DNA of 64,000 nucleotides from a bacterium (GTDB lineage Bacteria; Zhuqueibacterota; Zhuqueibacteria; Residuimicrobiales; Krinioviventaceae), in assembly GCA_963674595.2 (NCBI GenBank), contig CAXXFV010000006.1, positions 224,001-288,000 on the forward strand, in the 5' to 3' direction. Both the position numbers and the translations under genes were made by a program. Numbering within the stretch: position 1 is the stretch's first letter; each line of letters begins with the position of its first letter. The notes beneath the pieces are model-generated. The model had not been told where the DNA came from. It saw only the letters and a list, made by a program, of their open reading frames with translations, and ran no database searches. Shown here in pieces: positions 10,255 to 21,424 of the stretch.

Positions 10255-12204
10255 TTATTTTTTTTTCAAAATAGCAACCCATCCACCGCCATTGGCAAGA
10301 ACCGCCTTAAATGTGTCATCCTTTTTTACAGTAATAGTTGAAAATTTATAATCTTCTGCAAATCTGTCAGCATTACAACCGTCCTGCATAATCTGAGCTG
10401 TGTATTCGCCTTCCGGAATAAAATTCAGGGTTATGTCAAAATCGCGAGGCGTCCAGTCGGTCATGGCTGCAATGTACCAGTTTTCTCCGCTTCTTCTAGC
10501 AACAACCATGTAATCTGAAATTTTTGCTTCCAATACTTTTGTTTCATCCCATATAACCGGAATCTGTGCTATAAAATCGACGGTCTCTTGTTCTCTTTTG
10601 TACCTGCTGGGAGAATCGCACAACATTTGTAATGGACTTTCAAAAATTACATATTTTGATAATTCATGGCATCGGGTGCCTAAACTCATGGGGCGTTGAA
10701 AACAAATGTTAAAATTCTTTTTCTGTGCGTTTTCCATGGACCCCGGTGTATAATCCATCGGACCGGCAACCATTCGTGTAAATGGAATTGTCAGATTATG
10801 GTCCGGTGTTATATCCTTACTCCATTTATTATTCTCGTTTCCTTTAACACCCTCAAATGTAAGCACATTGGGATATTCTCTGTATAACCCGGATGGTTTA
10901 TAGGCACCGTGAAAATCGACTAATAACTGTCTTTTAGCTGCTTCCTGTCCAACTTTTTCATAATAATTGACCATTTGCTGATCGGCGCGCTGCATAAAAT
11001 CGACTTTAATGCCCACAATACCCCAACTTTTGTAAATATCCAGAATTCCGGGTATATCCTGATTCAGCGGTTTCCACAGTACCCATGCAATGATGCCCAC
11101 GCCTTTTTCTTTACCATATTTGACCAGTTCCTCCACATCAAGAATATCACTGGAGCTTTTTATGTCGGTTGTACTTTTTGACCAGCCCTCATCAAGTATA
11201 ATATATTCGATATTGTTTTCTGCTGCAAAGTCGATATAGTATTTATATGTTTGCGTATTCAAACCTGATTTAAAATCGACATTGTATATATTATTGGCAT
11301 TGTACCAATCCCAGGCTATTTGACCCGGTTTTATCCAGCTTGTATCTTTTAACTTGTTTGGACTTGCTAATTGATAAACCAGGGTGCTGGCAAATATATC
11401 TTTATCATCGCCGATAATCAAAACTCTCCAGGGAAAAGTACGATCACCTGTGGTTTTTGCTATATAATCAGCCTCTTTCACAATGACTTCATCCCGGTCT
11501 TCTTTGCCGGCAGCCGGTTGTGTTTCCAGTACATATTTGGGAAACAAGGCGCCAAAAGAATTTTCCCCGGATTTTTCCATGAATAAATTGGGATAATCTT
11601 TGACATCAGATTCTGTGAATAAAACTTTAGTCTTTTTATCGGGTTCCGTTAAAAATGGAAGGGAACAGAATTTATTTTTTTCAATGTCTTTAATACCGGA
11701 ATACTTGTAAACACGTTCATAATGAGAAATAAGCGACTCTTCTTCCGGAAAGTAAACAAATGAACCGTCATTAAAATCCAGATCAACGGTTTCTGATTTT
11801 ATGATGACCTGTTTTTTAATTGATGTAACAAACCTGTAGGCAAAGCCGTTATTATAGACTTTCATTTCAATGGCATAGTTGTTAAAATTTAAGGTCAACA
11901 GGTTGTATTCGTCTGTAATGACTGAAAATTTGGTTGAGAGTGGCGCCTCAATTTTATTTTTAATATATTGTTCAGACTTTGTAACTATCTTTGCATTTTC
12001 ACCGAATACAGTCCCGTCTTCAAGTTCCATTGCCATTTTGACTTTAGTTGCTATGCTGTTATTAAAAGCAACAGAGCATGAAATATCCTTTTCTGTGCTG
12101 ATTGTTACAACCAAATTTTGATCAGGAGATTTCAATTCCAATGGCTGTGCCATTACAGAAATGCCAAGAGCCAGCATTAAAACAGACAAAATTTTACATT
12201 TCAT
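10255..12204 (-). CDS. GH97 glycoside hydrolase (alpha-glucosidase/alpha-galactosidase)
   Basis: SWIKPGQIAWDW, YYIDFAA, ILDEGW, GIKVDFM, DFHG, EGVKGNE, PFTRMVAGPMDYTPG. Confidence 0.95.
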   Translation of the reverse strand: MKCKILSVLMLALGISVMAQPLELKSPDQNLVVTISTEKDISCSVAFNNSIATKVKMAMELEDGTVFGENAKIVTKSEQYIKNKIEAPLSTKFSVITDEYNLLTLNFNNYAIEMKVYNNGFAYRFVTSIKKQVIIKSETVDLDFNDGSFVYFPEEESLISHYERVYKYSGIKDIEKNKFCSLPFLTEPDKKTKVLFTESDVKDYPNLFMEKSGENSFGALFPKYVLETQPAAGKEDRDEVIVKEADYIAKTTGDRTFPWRVLIIGDDKDIFASTLVYQLASPNKLKDTSWIKPGQIAWDWYNANNIYNVDFKSGLNTQTYKYYIDFAAENNIEYIILDEGWSKSTTDIKSSSDILDVEELVKYGKEKGVGIIAWVLWKPLNQDIPGILDIYKSWGIVGIKVDFMQRADQQMVNYYEKVGQEAAKRQLLVDFHGAYKPSGLYREYPNVLTFEGVKGNENNKWSKDITPDHNLTIPFTRMVAGPMDYTPGSMENAQKKNFNICFQRPMSLGTRCHELSKYVIFESPLQMLCDSPSRYKREQETVDFIAQIPVIWDETKVLEAKISDYMVVARRSGENWYIAAMTDWTPRDFDITLNFIPEGEYTAQIMQDGCNADRFAEDYKFSTITVKKDDTFKAVLANGGGWVAILKKK

Positions 12205-13342
12205 TGTTGTTTCCCTTTTCTTTTAAAACAAGTTTTGAAAATTCGCCACGTATTTCAGGATTTTTTCCTCTTACATTGTTTGATAAAATAACGATTAATA
12301 TACCTTTGTCCGGATACCTTTCAATTAACGAACTAAATCCGGGTACACCTCCTGTGTGAAAAGTCCTGAAAACAGAGTCTGATTTTGTGACGTGCCATCC
12401 GTATGCATAGTCTACAAGTTCCGGTGTAAACATTTTATTTTTTGTTTCAGGTGTTATCAGGGTATTATTGAAAAGAGCACGGTCCCAGGCTAAAAGGTCG
12501 TCCAAAGTTGAATAAAGATTGCCTCCGCCGGTGAGGATCGGCATATAAATGTATGGTGCATTACACGTACCTGTGCTGTCTGTTACATAACCCATTGCTC
12601 TGTTTTTCAAAACAGGTTCGGGCTCATCACATCCGGAATTCGGCATTCCGGCTTTATCAAATATTTCTTCTTTTAAAAAGGTACAATAGGATTGACCAGA
12701 TACTTTTTCAATTAATGTAGAAAGAAGAAAATAGCCCACACCGCTGTATTGATATTTTTCTCCTGGTTTGGCAACCAACTCTTGATCGCGGAAGCGATCT
12801 ATCGTTTGATCAATAGAATTATGAAGCATCATTGTTTGTTTAAAGTCTGTCAAAGCCCAGGAATGCATAATTCCCGAAGTATGTGTCAATAATTGGTGAA
12901 CAGTAATATTTTGCCATTTTTTTGGTAAATCCGGTAAATAATTCGAAATTTTGTCGTCTATATTTATCTTACCTTGTTCTACCAGTATCATAACTGCCAT
13001 TGAAGTAAACTGCTTTGTAAGAGAACCAATTCTGAATTTGGTATCGGGTGTATTTTTAACATCTAACTCAAGGTCCGCATGTCCAAAGCTCTTTTTATAA
13101 ATGGGTTTACCATGAATGGCCACAAGAACATTACCACTGAAATTTTTGAGACTGTTAAAATAATAAGTAAAACGGGGGACGTTAATTTCTTTTTGATTAG
13201 AATCAATTTTGTCCCCACCAAAATTACAGCCTGACATTGTCAGGATGATGAGGAGAAGTGTAAATAAAGCAGTTATGTTTCTGATTACAAATCCTTGATG
13301 CAAGTTTTTAAATGGCATACTATATCCTTTTAATTTATGCAC
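12194..13342 (-). CDS. Serine hydrolase, beta-lactamase class C/AmpH-like family
   Basis: SxxK (GSLTKQF), LLTHTSG, YSG at the YxN position, HTGG; start may lie slightly downstream. Confidence 0.9.
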   Translation of the reverse strand: MHKLKGYSMPFKNLHQGFVIRNITALFTLLLIILTMSGCNFGGDKIDSNQKEINVPRFTYYFNSLKNFSGNVLVAIHGKPIYKKSFGHADLELDVKNTPDTKFRIGSLTKQFTSMAVMILVEQGKINIDDKISNYLPDLPKKWQNITVHQLLTHTSGIMHSWALTDFKQTMMLHNSIDQTIDRFRDQELVAKPGEKYQYSGVGYFLLSTLIEKVSGQSYCTFLKEEIFDKAGMPNSGCDEPEPVLKNRAMGYVTDSTGTCNAPYIYMPILTGGGNLYSTLDDLLAWDRALFNNTLITPETKNKMFTPELVDYAYGWHVTKSDSVFRTFHTGGVPGFSSLIERYPDKGILIVILSNNVRGKNPEIRGEFSKLVLKEKGNNNEM

Positions 13343-13395
13343 AAGTTAAATGTCTCTCTTTTGAATTTGTTGTTTTTGTAAGAATAACTCGGGTT

Positions 13396-13920
13396 TCATT
13401 TTAGTAAAAGTTGCAGTATTACTGAATTTTCAGTCTGACTGATTTTTTTGAAATTGTTGCGCTCCAATACCCGTATTGAGGATATATTTGTACTTTTTGT
13501 TTCTGCTTTTATTGCTTTAATGTTTTTATTTTCTCTGGTCCATTCAATCAGGCCGGAGATAGTTTCGGTCATATAGCCTTTATTTCGAAATTCTTCGTCG
13601 GTTCCATATCCTATCTCTACCTGTCCATTTTCATCCGGTTCTCCGTGAAAACAAATTCCGCCAATAATGGCTTTATTGCTTTTTTCAATCACTATCCACA
13701 TTGTATAAAATAAAGGATCTTTGTTTTTATCCTCAAGATTGGGCAATAAATCGTTTAAAATAGCTTCCTGCGTTTCTGCATCAACGAGTGCTTTTGATGG
13801 TGCCAGTCCGAGGTCTTTTGCCAACTCGTCCGGCGATTTTATGTGCTTTGTTAATTCATCAAGAGATAACGGTCTTAGTATCAGTCTTTTGGTTTCTATC
13901 ATATTGTTGTTCTTTAGCAT
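13396..13920 (-). CDS. GNAT N-acetyltransferase (RimJ/RimL type)
   Basis: ETKRLILR, VEIGYG, RNKGYMTE, NISSIRVLE. Confidence 0.9.
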   Translation of the reverse strand: MLKNNNMIETKRLILRPLSLDELTKHIKSPDELAKDLGLAPSKALVDAETQEAILNDLLPNLEDKNKDPLFYTMWIVIEKSNKAIIGGICFHGEPDENGQVEIGYGTDEEFRNKGYMTETISGLIEWTRENKNIKAIKAETKSTNISSIRVLERNNFKKISQTENSVILQLLLK

Positions 13921-13930
13921 TGGAATATAA

Positions 13931-14536
13931 TCAAGTATTTTTGATTGTTTTTACGGCTATAAATTTTGTTATAAAAAATTGAGAAACAATCAAACCCAGA
14001 CCACCTGTAAAAATAATTGCATAAACCATTTCTTTTGTAATTTCAAAACTCAGTCCAAACATTAATTGTATATTTTCCCCGGTGGTGGGGTCAGTTAACG
14101 CGATGAGTGCGGATATATAACAAATTAGTGCCATTATAAACCCGGTAAATAAAGACACCCGGTTTATGATTTTTGTATGTTCATCCGGCTGGATTTTATT
14201 ATACAATATTCTTTTACCATAATAATATCCTGCCGGTATTCCCATTATAATGTTAAATACAGGTACACCCATAAAGAATCCAAAAATACACAGGTTATAA
14301 AAAGTATAAATTAAAAATAAAAACCATAGAGGCAATGAATATCTTTGGGCAATCCAGTTTTTGAAAAATATAAGATTAATAACTAGTCCAAGTAATATAC
14401 CAACGACAGGATAAATGAATACGCTGTTTTCTGATTTATCAAATAAAAACCAAATAACGATTGATAACATAAAAAAGAATATAGGAAATATAGCTCCGAG
14501 GATCAATCCTATAAGCTTTTTTTCAAAATTTCTCAT
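13931..14536 (-). CDS. Hypothetical integral membrane protein
   Basis: About six hydrophobic segments; FGFFMGVPVFN motif. Confidence 0.75.
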   Translation of the reverse strand: MRNFEKKLIGLILGAIFPIFFFMLSIVIWFLFDKSENSVFIYPVVGILLGLVINLIFFKNWIAQRYSLPLWFLFLIYTFYNLCIFGFFMGVPVFNIIMGIPAGYYYGKRILYNKIQPDEHTKIINRVSLFTGFIMALICYISALIALTDPTTGENIQLMFGLSFEITKEMVYAIIFTGGLGLIVSQFFITKFIAVKTIKNT

Positions 14537-14640
14537 ATCCTACCAGGTATATTTTAAATAAGCCAATAATACAGATATTGTAACATTAATTTTTCGTAAA
14601 GTTAAAAGTATATTTTTTATTTGTAAAAAGGCCAAGTCCG

Positions 14641-15621
14641 CTATTTTCTGCGTATATATTGATAAATGATTTCGCCTTCTTTATTGACAAATGTCATGAT
14701 TAATTCCGTTTCCCTGACCGTACAAATTGAAAATCCGGAATCCGTGCTACCGAACAGGGTACCGTCGAAATCATCCACTTTTCTGGTGAGTGAAGCTGAA
14801 CTGTTGACAAAATAATCCACATCAGAGTTGGTAACACGAACATGCTGAAAATTGTGTATATGACCGCAAACAGAAAAATCAACTTTATATTTATCTAAAA
14901 TAGGTTTCAGTCGTGTTTGCAGGTCTGTGCGCTCACTTTTTGATTTGTAGGTTCCTGCATAAACAGGATGATGGCCCATAACAATTTTCCACCCGGCATC
15001 AGAAACACTTAACGTAGAATCGATCCAGCCAAGCTGCTTTTCCATGGATTGTTTTTCTGCATCAGGAAATGTTTTCGGATTTTTTCGATATTTATCGATT
15101 AATGTAGGGGTGTCGATGAACACCATTAATACGTCCACGTTTTTACTAATAGATTTTGTTTTGGCATAATATCGATCATGGAATTCCCAGCGACGACTTG
15201 TTTTTGAATAATCGAGAACAGCCTGTGTGTTACCACGATATTCGTGATTTCCCAAAACAGGATACCAGGGTATCATTAATTTCGGGTGTTTATATATCCA
15301 TTCGAAATTTGTTTGCCAAAGAGGATCATTGACCGATTCAACGCCGTTAAAATGGTGTACGTCACCCAGTGTTGCAACAAAATCCGGTCCTGTGATTGTG
15401 GCAACCACACCCATCATCTCTGCAACAGGTTTTTGATCATAATATCCGTTTCGACCCAAGTCGTTTGCAATTATAAAATTAAAAGGTTTTTTTAAAAGAG
15501 CTAATTGTTCGGCACTTTTGGGTACAACACTTTCGGTTTGACCATAAGAGCATGCTGATAAAAAAACATTAAAAAGTACAACCAGAGTGATAATAGACAT
15601 AAAGAATTTTTTAATGTTCAT
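14641..15621 (-). CDS. Metallophosphoesterase (tartrate-resistant/purple acid phosphatase-like), exported
   Basis: NDLG, GDVHH, GNHEY, GHHP, GHIH motifs. Confidence 0.9.
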   Translation of the reverse strand: MNIKKFFMSIITLVVLFNVFLSACSYGQTESVVPKSAEQLALLKKPFNFIIANDLGRNGYYDQKPVAEMMGVVATITGPDFVATLGDVHHFNGVESVNDPLWQTNFEWIYKHPKLMIPWYPVLGNHEYRGNTQAVLDYSKTSRRWEFHDRYYAKTKSISKNVDVLMVFIDTPTLIDKYRKNPKTFPDAEKQSMEKQLGWIDSTLSVSDAGWKIVMGHHPVYAGTYKSKSERTDLQTRLKPILDKYKVDFSVCGHIHNFQHVRVTNSDVDYFVNSSASLTRKVDDFDGTLFGSTDSGFSICTVRETELIMTFVNKEGEIIYQYIRRK

Positions 15622-15929
15622 GAATTTCCCTATATGTGTTAATTAAATGTATAAAGTGATTTAATAGTATTATAAATATATAAATTCAAAAAAGATGTTT
15701 TTCATTTTACAAGTTTGTATCAAGTAAGCTCTGTTTGACACTCTGAAAAATACTCTCTGCTAAACGAATGCCGGCGTGATACTTGCGATTTGAGGTATTT
15801 AGAATGAGTACTGCTTTACTCTGGATTGATGTTTGGGATTATAGTGGTTTTATTTTTAACCAGGGAATAAGAATTCTTTATGTCGATTTGAATTCCAGCA
15901 TTCAATTTTGTGCATGGGAAATGATTTAA

Positions 15930-15958
15930 ATACTAACAAAATGTGACCTCAATGTCAA
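15930..15958 (-). promoter_or_regulatory. Putative sigma70 promoter reading toward the phosphatase gene
   Basis: Minus strand TTGACA-17 nt-TAGTAT. Confidence 0.5.
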
Positions 15959-16192
15959 GATAAAATAACCGGGTTAACACTAATTATTTAAAATAGATTT
16001 GCAAAGTATGAGGATTTATCAAGGAAAACCGGATAATCTTTGGCTGGAAAATGAATTAATGAAAACGCTCAGATCAATTAGGCGAATTCAACAATTTGTA
16101 AATAAACGTTGTTTATCATTCAATTTGTATTATATTAAAAACTAATCAAGCATACGTTAATATTATATAATAAACAAAAAGCCGGAATTTTT

Positions 16193-16894
16193 ATGAGTAA
16201 ATATATTGACTTGAAGCAAAAAGTTTTTGAATGTAATATGGAATTACCGCAAAAAAGGGTGGTTATTTACACCTTTGGTAATGTCAGCGCCATAGACCGT
16301 AAAGAAGGTATAATTGCCATTAAACCAAGTGGCGTCAGTTATGAAAAAATGACGGTTAATGATATGGTGATTGTTGACCTGGATGGTAAGGTTGTCGAAG
16401 GCACGTTACGTCCATCATCGGATACGAAAACCCACCTGGTTTTATATAAAAATTTTCCGGACATAGGAGGGGTGGCTCATACTCATTCGACTTATGCTGT
16501 AGCATGGGCACAGGCCGCTAAAGACATCCCTGTGTTGGGAACCACCCATGCAGATCATTTGCATCTAAGCATTCCCTGTACTGAATTTATGTCTGAGGAA
16601 ATGGTTAAAGGTGATTATGAAATCGAAACCGGAAATCAGATCATTGACTGTTTTAAAGATATTTCTCCGGATGAGGTTGAAATGGTCCTTGTTGCCGGAC
16701 ACGGCCCCTTTACCTGGGGAAAAACACCTGAAAAAGCGGTGTATAACAGCGTTGTCCTTGAAGAACTGGCAAAAATGGCTTTTCTGACTTTACAAATAAA
16801 TCCCCAAACCCCGGAGCTGGACCGGCACTTGATTCAAAAACACTATTCCAGGAAACATGGTCCCAATGCCTATTACGGTCAAAAAGAATCGTGA
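16193..16894 (+). CDS. araD: L-ribulose-5-phosphate 4-epimerase
   Basis: TFGNVS, IKPSGV, PSSDTKTH, HTHS, GTTHAD, HGPFTWG, KHGPNAYYGQ. Confidence 0.97.
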   Translation: MSKYIDLKQKVFECNMELPQKRVVIYTFGNVSAIDRKEGIIAIKPSGVSYEKMTVNDMVIVDLDGKVVEGTLRPSSDTKTHLVLYKNFPDIGGVAHTHSTYAVAWAQAAKDIPVLGTTHADHLHLSIPCTEFMSEEMVKGDYEIETGNQIIDCFKDISPDEVEMVLVAGHGPFTWGKTPEKAVYNSVVLEELAKMAFLTLQINPQTPELDRHLIQKHYSRKHGPNAYYGQKES

Positions 16895-16982
16895 GGATTT
16901 ACTAACTTGACATTTAACGCGACCTTGTTTCCGGTCGTTCCTGTTATGAAACTATAACTAATGCCCAATCAGGAGTAACATT

Positions 16983-18482
16983 ATGGATTTAAAACAATTA
17001 AATATTTGGTTTGTTACCGGCAGTCAGAATTTATATGGTCTGGAAATTTTACAACAAGTTTCCGATCATTCCAAAGAAATAGCTTCCTTTTTAAATGTCT
17101 CTCAGGATATTCCTGTTAATATTGTTTGCAAACCCACATTAAAAACAATCGATGAAATTACAAATCTTTGTATTGATGCAAATGCGGATAAAAAATGTAT
17201 CGGCATTATTACCTGGTGTCATACGTTTTCTCCCTCCAAAATGTGGATTAACGGTCTTAAGATTTTAAACAAACCCATACTGCATTTGCACACACAATAT
17301 AACCGGGACATTCCCTGGAACGATATTGATATGAATTTTATGAATTTAAATCAATCCGCTCATGGAGACCGGGAGCATGGTTTTATTATGACACGGCTGC
17401 GTCTTGAACGCAAAGTTGTAGTTGGACATTGGCAGGAACATGATGTGCAACAGCAAATCGGCATCTGGACCCGCAGTGCTGCTGCCTGGTATGATATGCA
17501 AAATATGAAAATCGCCCGTTTTGGTGATAACATGAGAGAAGTGGCCGTAACCGAAGGTGATAAAGTTGAAGCCCAGATTAAGTTCGGTGTTTCCGTCAAC
17601 AGCTATGGAATCGGTGATATTGTAAAAATTATCGACAGCATCAGTGATGCCGAGGTCGATAAGCTCGTTCGGGAATATGATGATCTGTATACGATCTCTC
17701 CTGAAGGACGCGCCGGCGGAGAATATCATGAAAACGTTCGTTACCAGGCGCGAATTGAATTGGGTTTGAAGGAATTTTTAACGGATGGCGGTTTTAGCGC
17801 CTATACCGATACTTTTGAAGACCTTCATGGTATGCAGCAACTTCCCGGACTCGCCACGCAACGATTAATGGATATGGGATTCGGGTTCGGTGCAGAAGGC
17901 GACTGGAAACACGCCGCTATGGTACGTGCTTTAAAAGTAATGGGTACCGGACTTGATGGCGGATGTTCTTTTATGGAAGATTATACCTATCATTTGGATC
18001 CATCCGGGTCCAAGGTTTTGGGTGCTCACATGCTGGAAGTCTGTCCATCTATAGCGGCCGATAAACCACGATTGGAAGTCCATCCCTTGGGTATTGGCGG
18101 CAAAGAAGCCCCGGCACGTCTTGTTTTCGACACGGCCCTTGGTAAAGCCGTTAACGCGAGTTTAATTGATATGGGGAACCGTTTCCGGATGATTGTTAAT
18201 TCGGTTGAATGTGTTAAATCCGAACCTTTGCCCAAATTACCTGTTGCCCGTGTTTTATGGGTTCCTGAACCGGACCTTAAAACCGCTGCTGCATCATGGA
18301 TCTATGCGGGCGGGGCTCACCATACGGCATTCAGTCAAGCCATTACTCCCGAATACATTGAAAATTTTTGTGAAATGGCCGGAATCGAGTACGTCCTTAT
18401 TGATAAAAATAGCAACATCAGCGATCTTAAAAAGGAACTACGCTGGAACGAAGTTTATTATCATCTGGCAAAGGGATTTTAA
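16983..18482 (+). CDS. araA: L-arabinose isomerase
   Basis: [57 protein letters not shown]. Confidence 0.98.
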   Translation: MDLKQLNIWFVTGSQNLYGLEILQQVSDHSKEIASFLNVSQDIPVNIVCKPTLKTIDEITNLCIDANADKKCIGIITWCHTFSPSKMWINGLKILNKPILHLHTQYNRDIPWNDIDMNFMNLNQSAHGDREHGFIMTRLRLERKVVVGHWQEHDVQQQIGIWTRSAAAWYDMQNMKIARFGDNMREVAVTEGDKVEAQIKFGVSVNSYGIGDIVKIIDSISDAEVDKLVREYDDLYTISPEGRAGGEYHENVRYQARIELGLKEFLTDGGFSAYTDTFEDLHGMQQLPGLATQRLMDMGFGFGAEGDWKHAAMVRALKVMGTGLDGGCSFMEDYTYHLDPSGSKVLGAHMLEVCPSIAADKPRLEVHPLGIGGKEAPARLVFDTALGKAVNASLIDMGNRFRMIVNSVECVKSEPLPKLPVARVLWVPEPDLKTAAASWIYAGGAHHTAFSQAITPEYIENFCEMAGIEYVLIDKNSNISDLKKELRWNEVYYHLAKGF

Positions 18483-18530
18483 GTTATATTTTAGGATATT
18501 ATGTGTGGGAGATCATCTATATTTATAATA

Positions 18531-18567
18531 AAAGATGGGCCGAATTATACGGCCCATTTTTGTTTTT
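18531..18567. terminator. Probable bidirectional intrinsic terminator between convergent araA and sulfatase
   Basis: ATGGGCCG-aattata-CGGCCCAT with a T-run downstream and an A-run upstream. Confidence 0.8.
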
Positions 18568-18585
18568 ACTAAAACTTTTCGTCTA

Positions 18586-19953
18586 TTAATAATTCAACGT
18601 CACGTCCTTTTCCCATTGTAAATATTCATCGGTCAATTGTTTCAAGAGTTCAGGGTGTTCATCCGCCAGATTCGTTGTTTCACCAATGTCTTTTGACAGG
18701 TCATACAACTCGGGTTCACTCTCACCGATCATACACAATTTCCATTTCCCTTTGCGAATGGCTTTTTCATCGTCCATTTTCCAGCAGACTGCCCGTTTCG
18801 GCAGAGGTTTACTATTGAATAACAACGGACCAATATCAGTACCATCGAATTTGAGATTATTGGGAATGTCTGCCTTTGTCAGTTGTGCGCAGGTGGGTAA
18901 CATATCCATGGTCATCACAATTTCATCAGAGGTCGTACCGGCTTTAATTTTTCCGGGCCACCAGGCAATAAAAGGCACACGATGACCGCCTTCATACACT
19001 TCTGTTTTTTGTCCTCTGAGCGGACCGTTACTTGATATGTTAAAATGGGTATCACTATAGTGAATATAGCCGCCATTGTCGGAGGTAAAAATAACCAGCG
19101 TGTTATCCTGTAAATTTAAACGCTTTAACGTATTTATAATTTTTCCCACGCCTGTGTCGACTGATTCAACCATTGCTTTAATATGCGGGCTTATATTATT
19201 TCTATCAGGGATGATACCCCACTTGTCCTGCGAATATTCTTTACCTTCAACCCGGTGCGGCGGATCATCCGGTCCCTGCCACGGAAAATGGATGGAGAGG
19301 TGGGCAACATATAGAAAAAAGGGTCCGCCTTTATGCCTTTTTATAAAATCAATACTATGGTCTGTAATCAGTTCCGTACTGTAGCCCTGTTCCATTTTGA
19401 GTGTATCCTTGTTCCACCAGTCTTTGCGGCCCCAGCGGTCGATATGCGTGTGGTGATCTCCGTCGCCGGCCCCTAATCCTATAAACTCGTCGAATCCCTG
19501 ATTTGACGGCAAAAAAGGCTGGTGATAACCCAAATGCCATTTACCGTACATGCCGGTTGCATAGCCTGCCTGTTTTAAAACTTCCGCAATGGTAACAGCC
19601 TCCAAAGGTAAACCATCATCATAATCGGTTTTACCGGATATGGCACTTTCAAATTTTTTCCCAAACCGGTGCTGATACATTCCGGTCATTAAGGAAGCGC
19701 GTGTGGGTGTGCACATGGGACCGTTGGAATGATAATCAGTAAACAAAACACCTTCATGTGCCAGTTTATCAATATTCGGGGTTTTGTTTATTTGGGAACC
19801 ATAACAGCCAATATCACCATAGCCCAAATCATCGATCATGATAAATACGATGTTTGGCTTTTGAGAATTGTTTTTTTTACTGCATCCCGGCAGGGCCAGT
19901 GAAAGGGAGGATAAACCAATTTGTTTGAGAAAATTTCGACGCGTAGAATACAT
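18586..19953 (-). CDS. Formylglycine-dependent (S1) sulfatase, Tat-lipoprotein
   Basis: Start moved to ATG 19953 (RBS AGGAG; STRRNFLK, LPGC); DDLGYGD, CTPTR, GKWHLG, FTSDNG. Confidence 0.93.
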   Translation of the reverse strand: MYSTRRNFLKQIGLSSLSLALPGCSKKNNSQKPNIVFIMIDDLGYGDIGCYGSQINKTPNIDKLAHEGVLFTDYHSNGPMCTPTRASLMTGMYQHRFGKKFESAISGKTDYDDGLPLEAVTIAEVLKQAGYATGMYGKWHLGYHQPFLPSNQGFDEFIGLGAGDGDHHTHIDRWGRKDWWNKDTLKMEQGYSTELITDHSIDFIKRHKGGPFFLYVAHLSIHFPWQGPDDPPHRVEGKEYSQDKWGIIPDRNNISPHIKAMVESVDTGVGKIINTLKRLNLQDNTLVIFTSDNGGYIHYSDTHFNISSNGPLRGQKTEVYEGGHRVPFIAWWPGKIKAGTTSDEIVMTMDMLPTCAQLTKADIPNNLKFDGTDIGPLLFNSKPLPKRAVCWKMDDEKAIRKGKWKLCMIGESEPELYDLSKDIGETTNLADEHPELLKQLTDEYLQWEKDVTLNY

Positions 19954-20029
19954 ACATTTCTCCTGTAGCTGCTGGTAATATTTTTTTACCTGTTTAACAG
20001 GATGAGTATAGTTTATTAGTCGTAAAGAA

Positions 20030-21424
20030 TTATTGCTTTTTCCATATAGGGCCGCCGGTGTATTTTTTGCCGACCGGATAACGTTCACTGGGAACAGTGG
20101 CTGTTTGCATGATTTTTTCAATTTGTTGAACGATATCAGGGTGTTTGTCAGCGATATTGTGATTTTCTCCGATATCATTATCCAAATCATAAAGTTGTAC
20201 AGGATTTCCCTGACCTTCACAAATACCTTTCCATTTTCCCATACGTACGGCCTGGTCGTAGCGGTCCCGGCAAAAACCATAATCCCAATATAAATATGGA
20301 TGCGGATTTTTCACTTTTCCACCCAAAAGCGCACTGACAACAGATGTACCGTCGATCCTGTCCGGAGCCTGTACACCCGCCAGTTCTGCAAATGAAGACA
20401 TCATGTCCTGAAAAGTTATAATTTCGTTGCTTACTGTACCGGCTGGTACTGTTCCCGGCCAACGGGCAATAAAAGGCACACGAATGCCTCCTTCGGTCAG
20501 ATTGCGTTTATATCCACAAAGAGGGCCGTTGGTATCAAATTCTTTCCAGATTGTTTCATGTCCGCCGTTGTCGCTGGTGAAAATAATCAGTGTATTTTTT
20601 GTTAATCCCAGGTCGTCAACACGTTTCACAATACGGCCAACGTCACGGTCCAGCATGTGTACCATGGCAGCATATTTTTTGGATTTCTCGTCCCAGTTTT
20701 TATCGCTATAGGGTTCGGTAGACGGCACGGCAAATCCATCTTTGTCCTCTTCCTCTGAGGAAAAGTGGGGTAATGTATAAGCAGCATACAGAAAAAAGGG
20801 GCCGTCTTTTGATTCATTAATGAATTGCAGAGCGCGTTCAGTCATCAAGTTATGACTGTAATGTTCACGGGATTGGCTGTTGCCTGTAAGCTCAAGGCGG
20901 CCATCATTATCATCCAGATATTCTGTGTAATAATAATGAGCGTGGTCCTGGTTCAGATAACCGAACCACATATCAAATCCCTTGTTTGTTGCACGTCCGA
21001 CAGTCCCGGCGTCTCCCAAAGACCATTTACCGACGCCGCCGCAGCGGTAACCTGCCTGTTTTAAGAGCTCGGCAATGGTCAGATCATTCTCCTGAAGATA
21101 GGTATGATAATGCGGAATATTGTCGCGGGCCGCCCCGTGGCCGTTATGCAGGCCTGTCATGAGCACACAACGCGATGGTGCGCATACCGGCGCCCCGGCA
21201 TAGGCCTGCGTGAAGCGTATGCCTTCACCGGCCAGTTTGTCGATATTGGGCGTTTTTATAAGCTTTTGTCCGTAACTCCCCAAATCACCATAGCCCAAAT
21301 CATCTGCCATGATAAAAATGATATTTGGTTTGGAATTTAATGTCCCGGATTTATTGGAAACCTGACAGGCAGCCGGCAAAACAGACAGGCCGGGTAATGT
21401 TTTTAAAAATTTTCTGCGGTCCAT
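20030..21424 (-). CDS. Formylglycine-dependent (S1) sulfatase, Tat-exported
   Basis: DRRKFLK; ADDLGYGD, CAPSR, GKWSLG, FTSDNG. Confidence 0.95.
   Translation of the reverse strand: MDRRKFLKTLPGLSVLPAACQVSNKSGTLNSKPNIIFIMADDLGYGDLGSYGQKLIKTPNIDKLAGEGIRFTQAYAGAPVCAPSRCVLMTGLHNGHGAARDNIPHYHTYLQENDLTIAELLKQAGYRCGGVGKWSLGDAGTVGRATNKGFDMWFGYLNQDHAHYYYTEYLDDNDGRLELTGNSQSREHYSHNLMTERALQFINESKDGPFFLYAAYTLPHFSSEEEDKDGFAVPSTEPYSDKNWDEKSKKYAAMVHMLDRDVGRIVKRVDDLGLTKNTLIIFTSDNGGHETIWKEFDTNGPLCGYKRNLTEGGIRVPFIARWPGTVPAGTVSNEIITFQDMMSSFAELAGVQAPDRIDGTSVVSALLGGKVKNPHPYLYWDYGFCRDRYDQAVRMGKWKGICEGQGNPVQLYDLDNDIGENHNIADKHPDIVQQIEKIMQTATVPSERYPVGKKYTGGPIWKKQ

Noticed and set aside
1463-15621. Possible integron cassette array (many unrelated co-oriented genes)
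   Set aside because: No attC-like RYYYAAC/GTTRRRY palindromes or integrase seen; several genes overlap or nearly abut
16090-16140. AraR-like operator (ATTTGTA...) upstream of araD
   Set aside because: Match is too weak in AT-rich DNA and no regulator gene is adjacent
19954-20280. 109-aa N-terminal extension of the sulfatase ORF 18586..20280
   Set aside because: Overlaps the upstream sulfatase; the RBS and Tat signal place the real start at 19953
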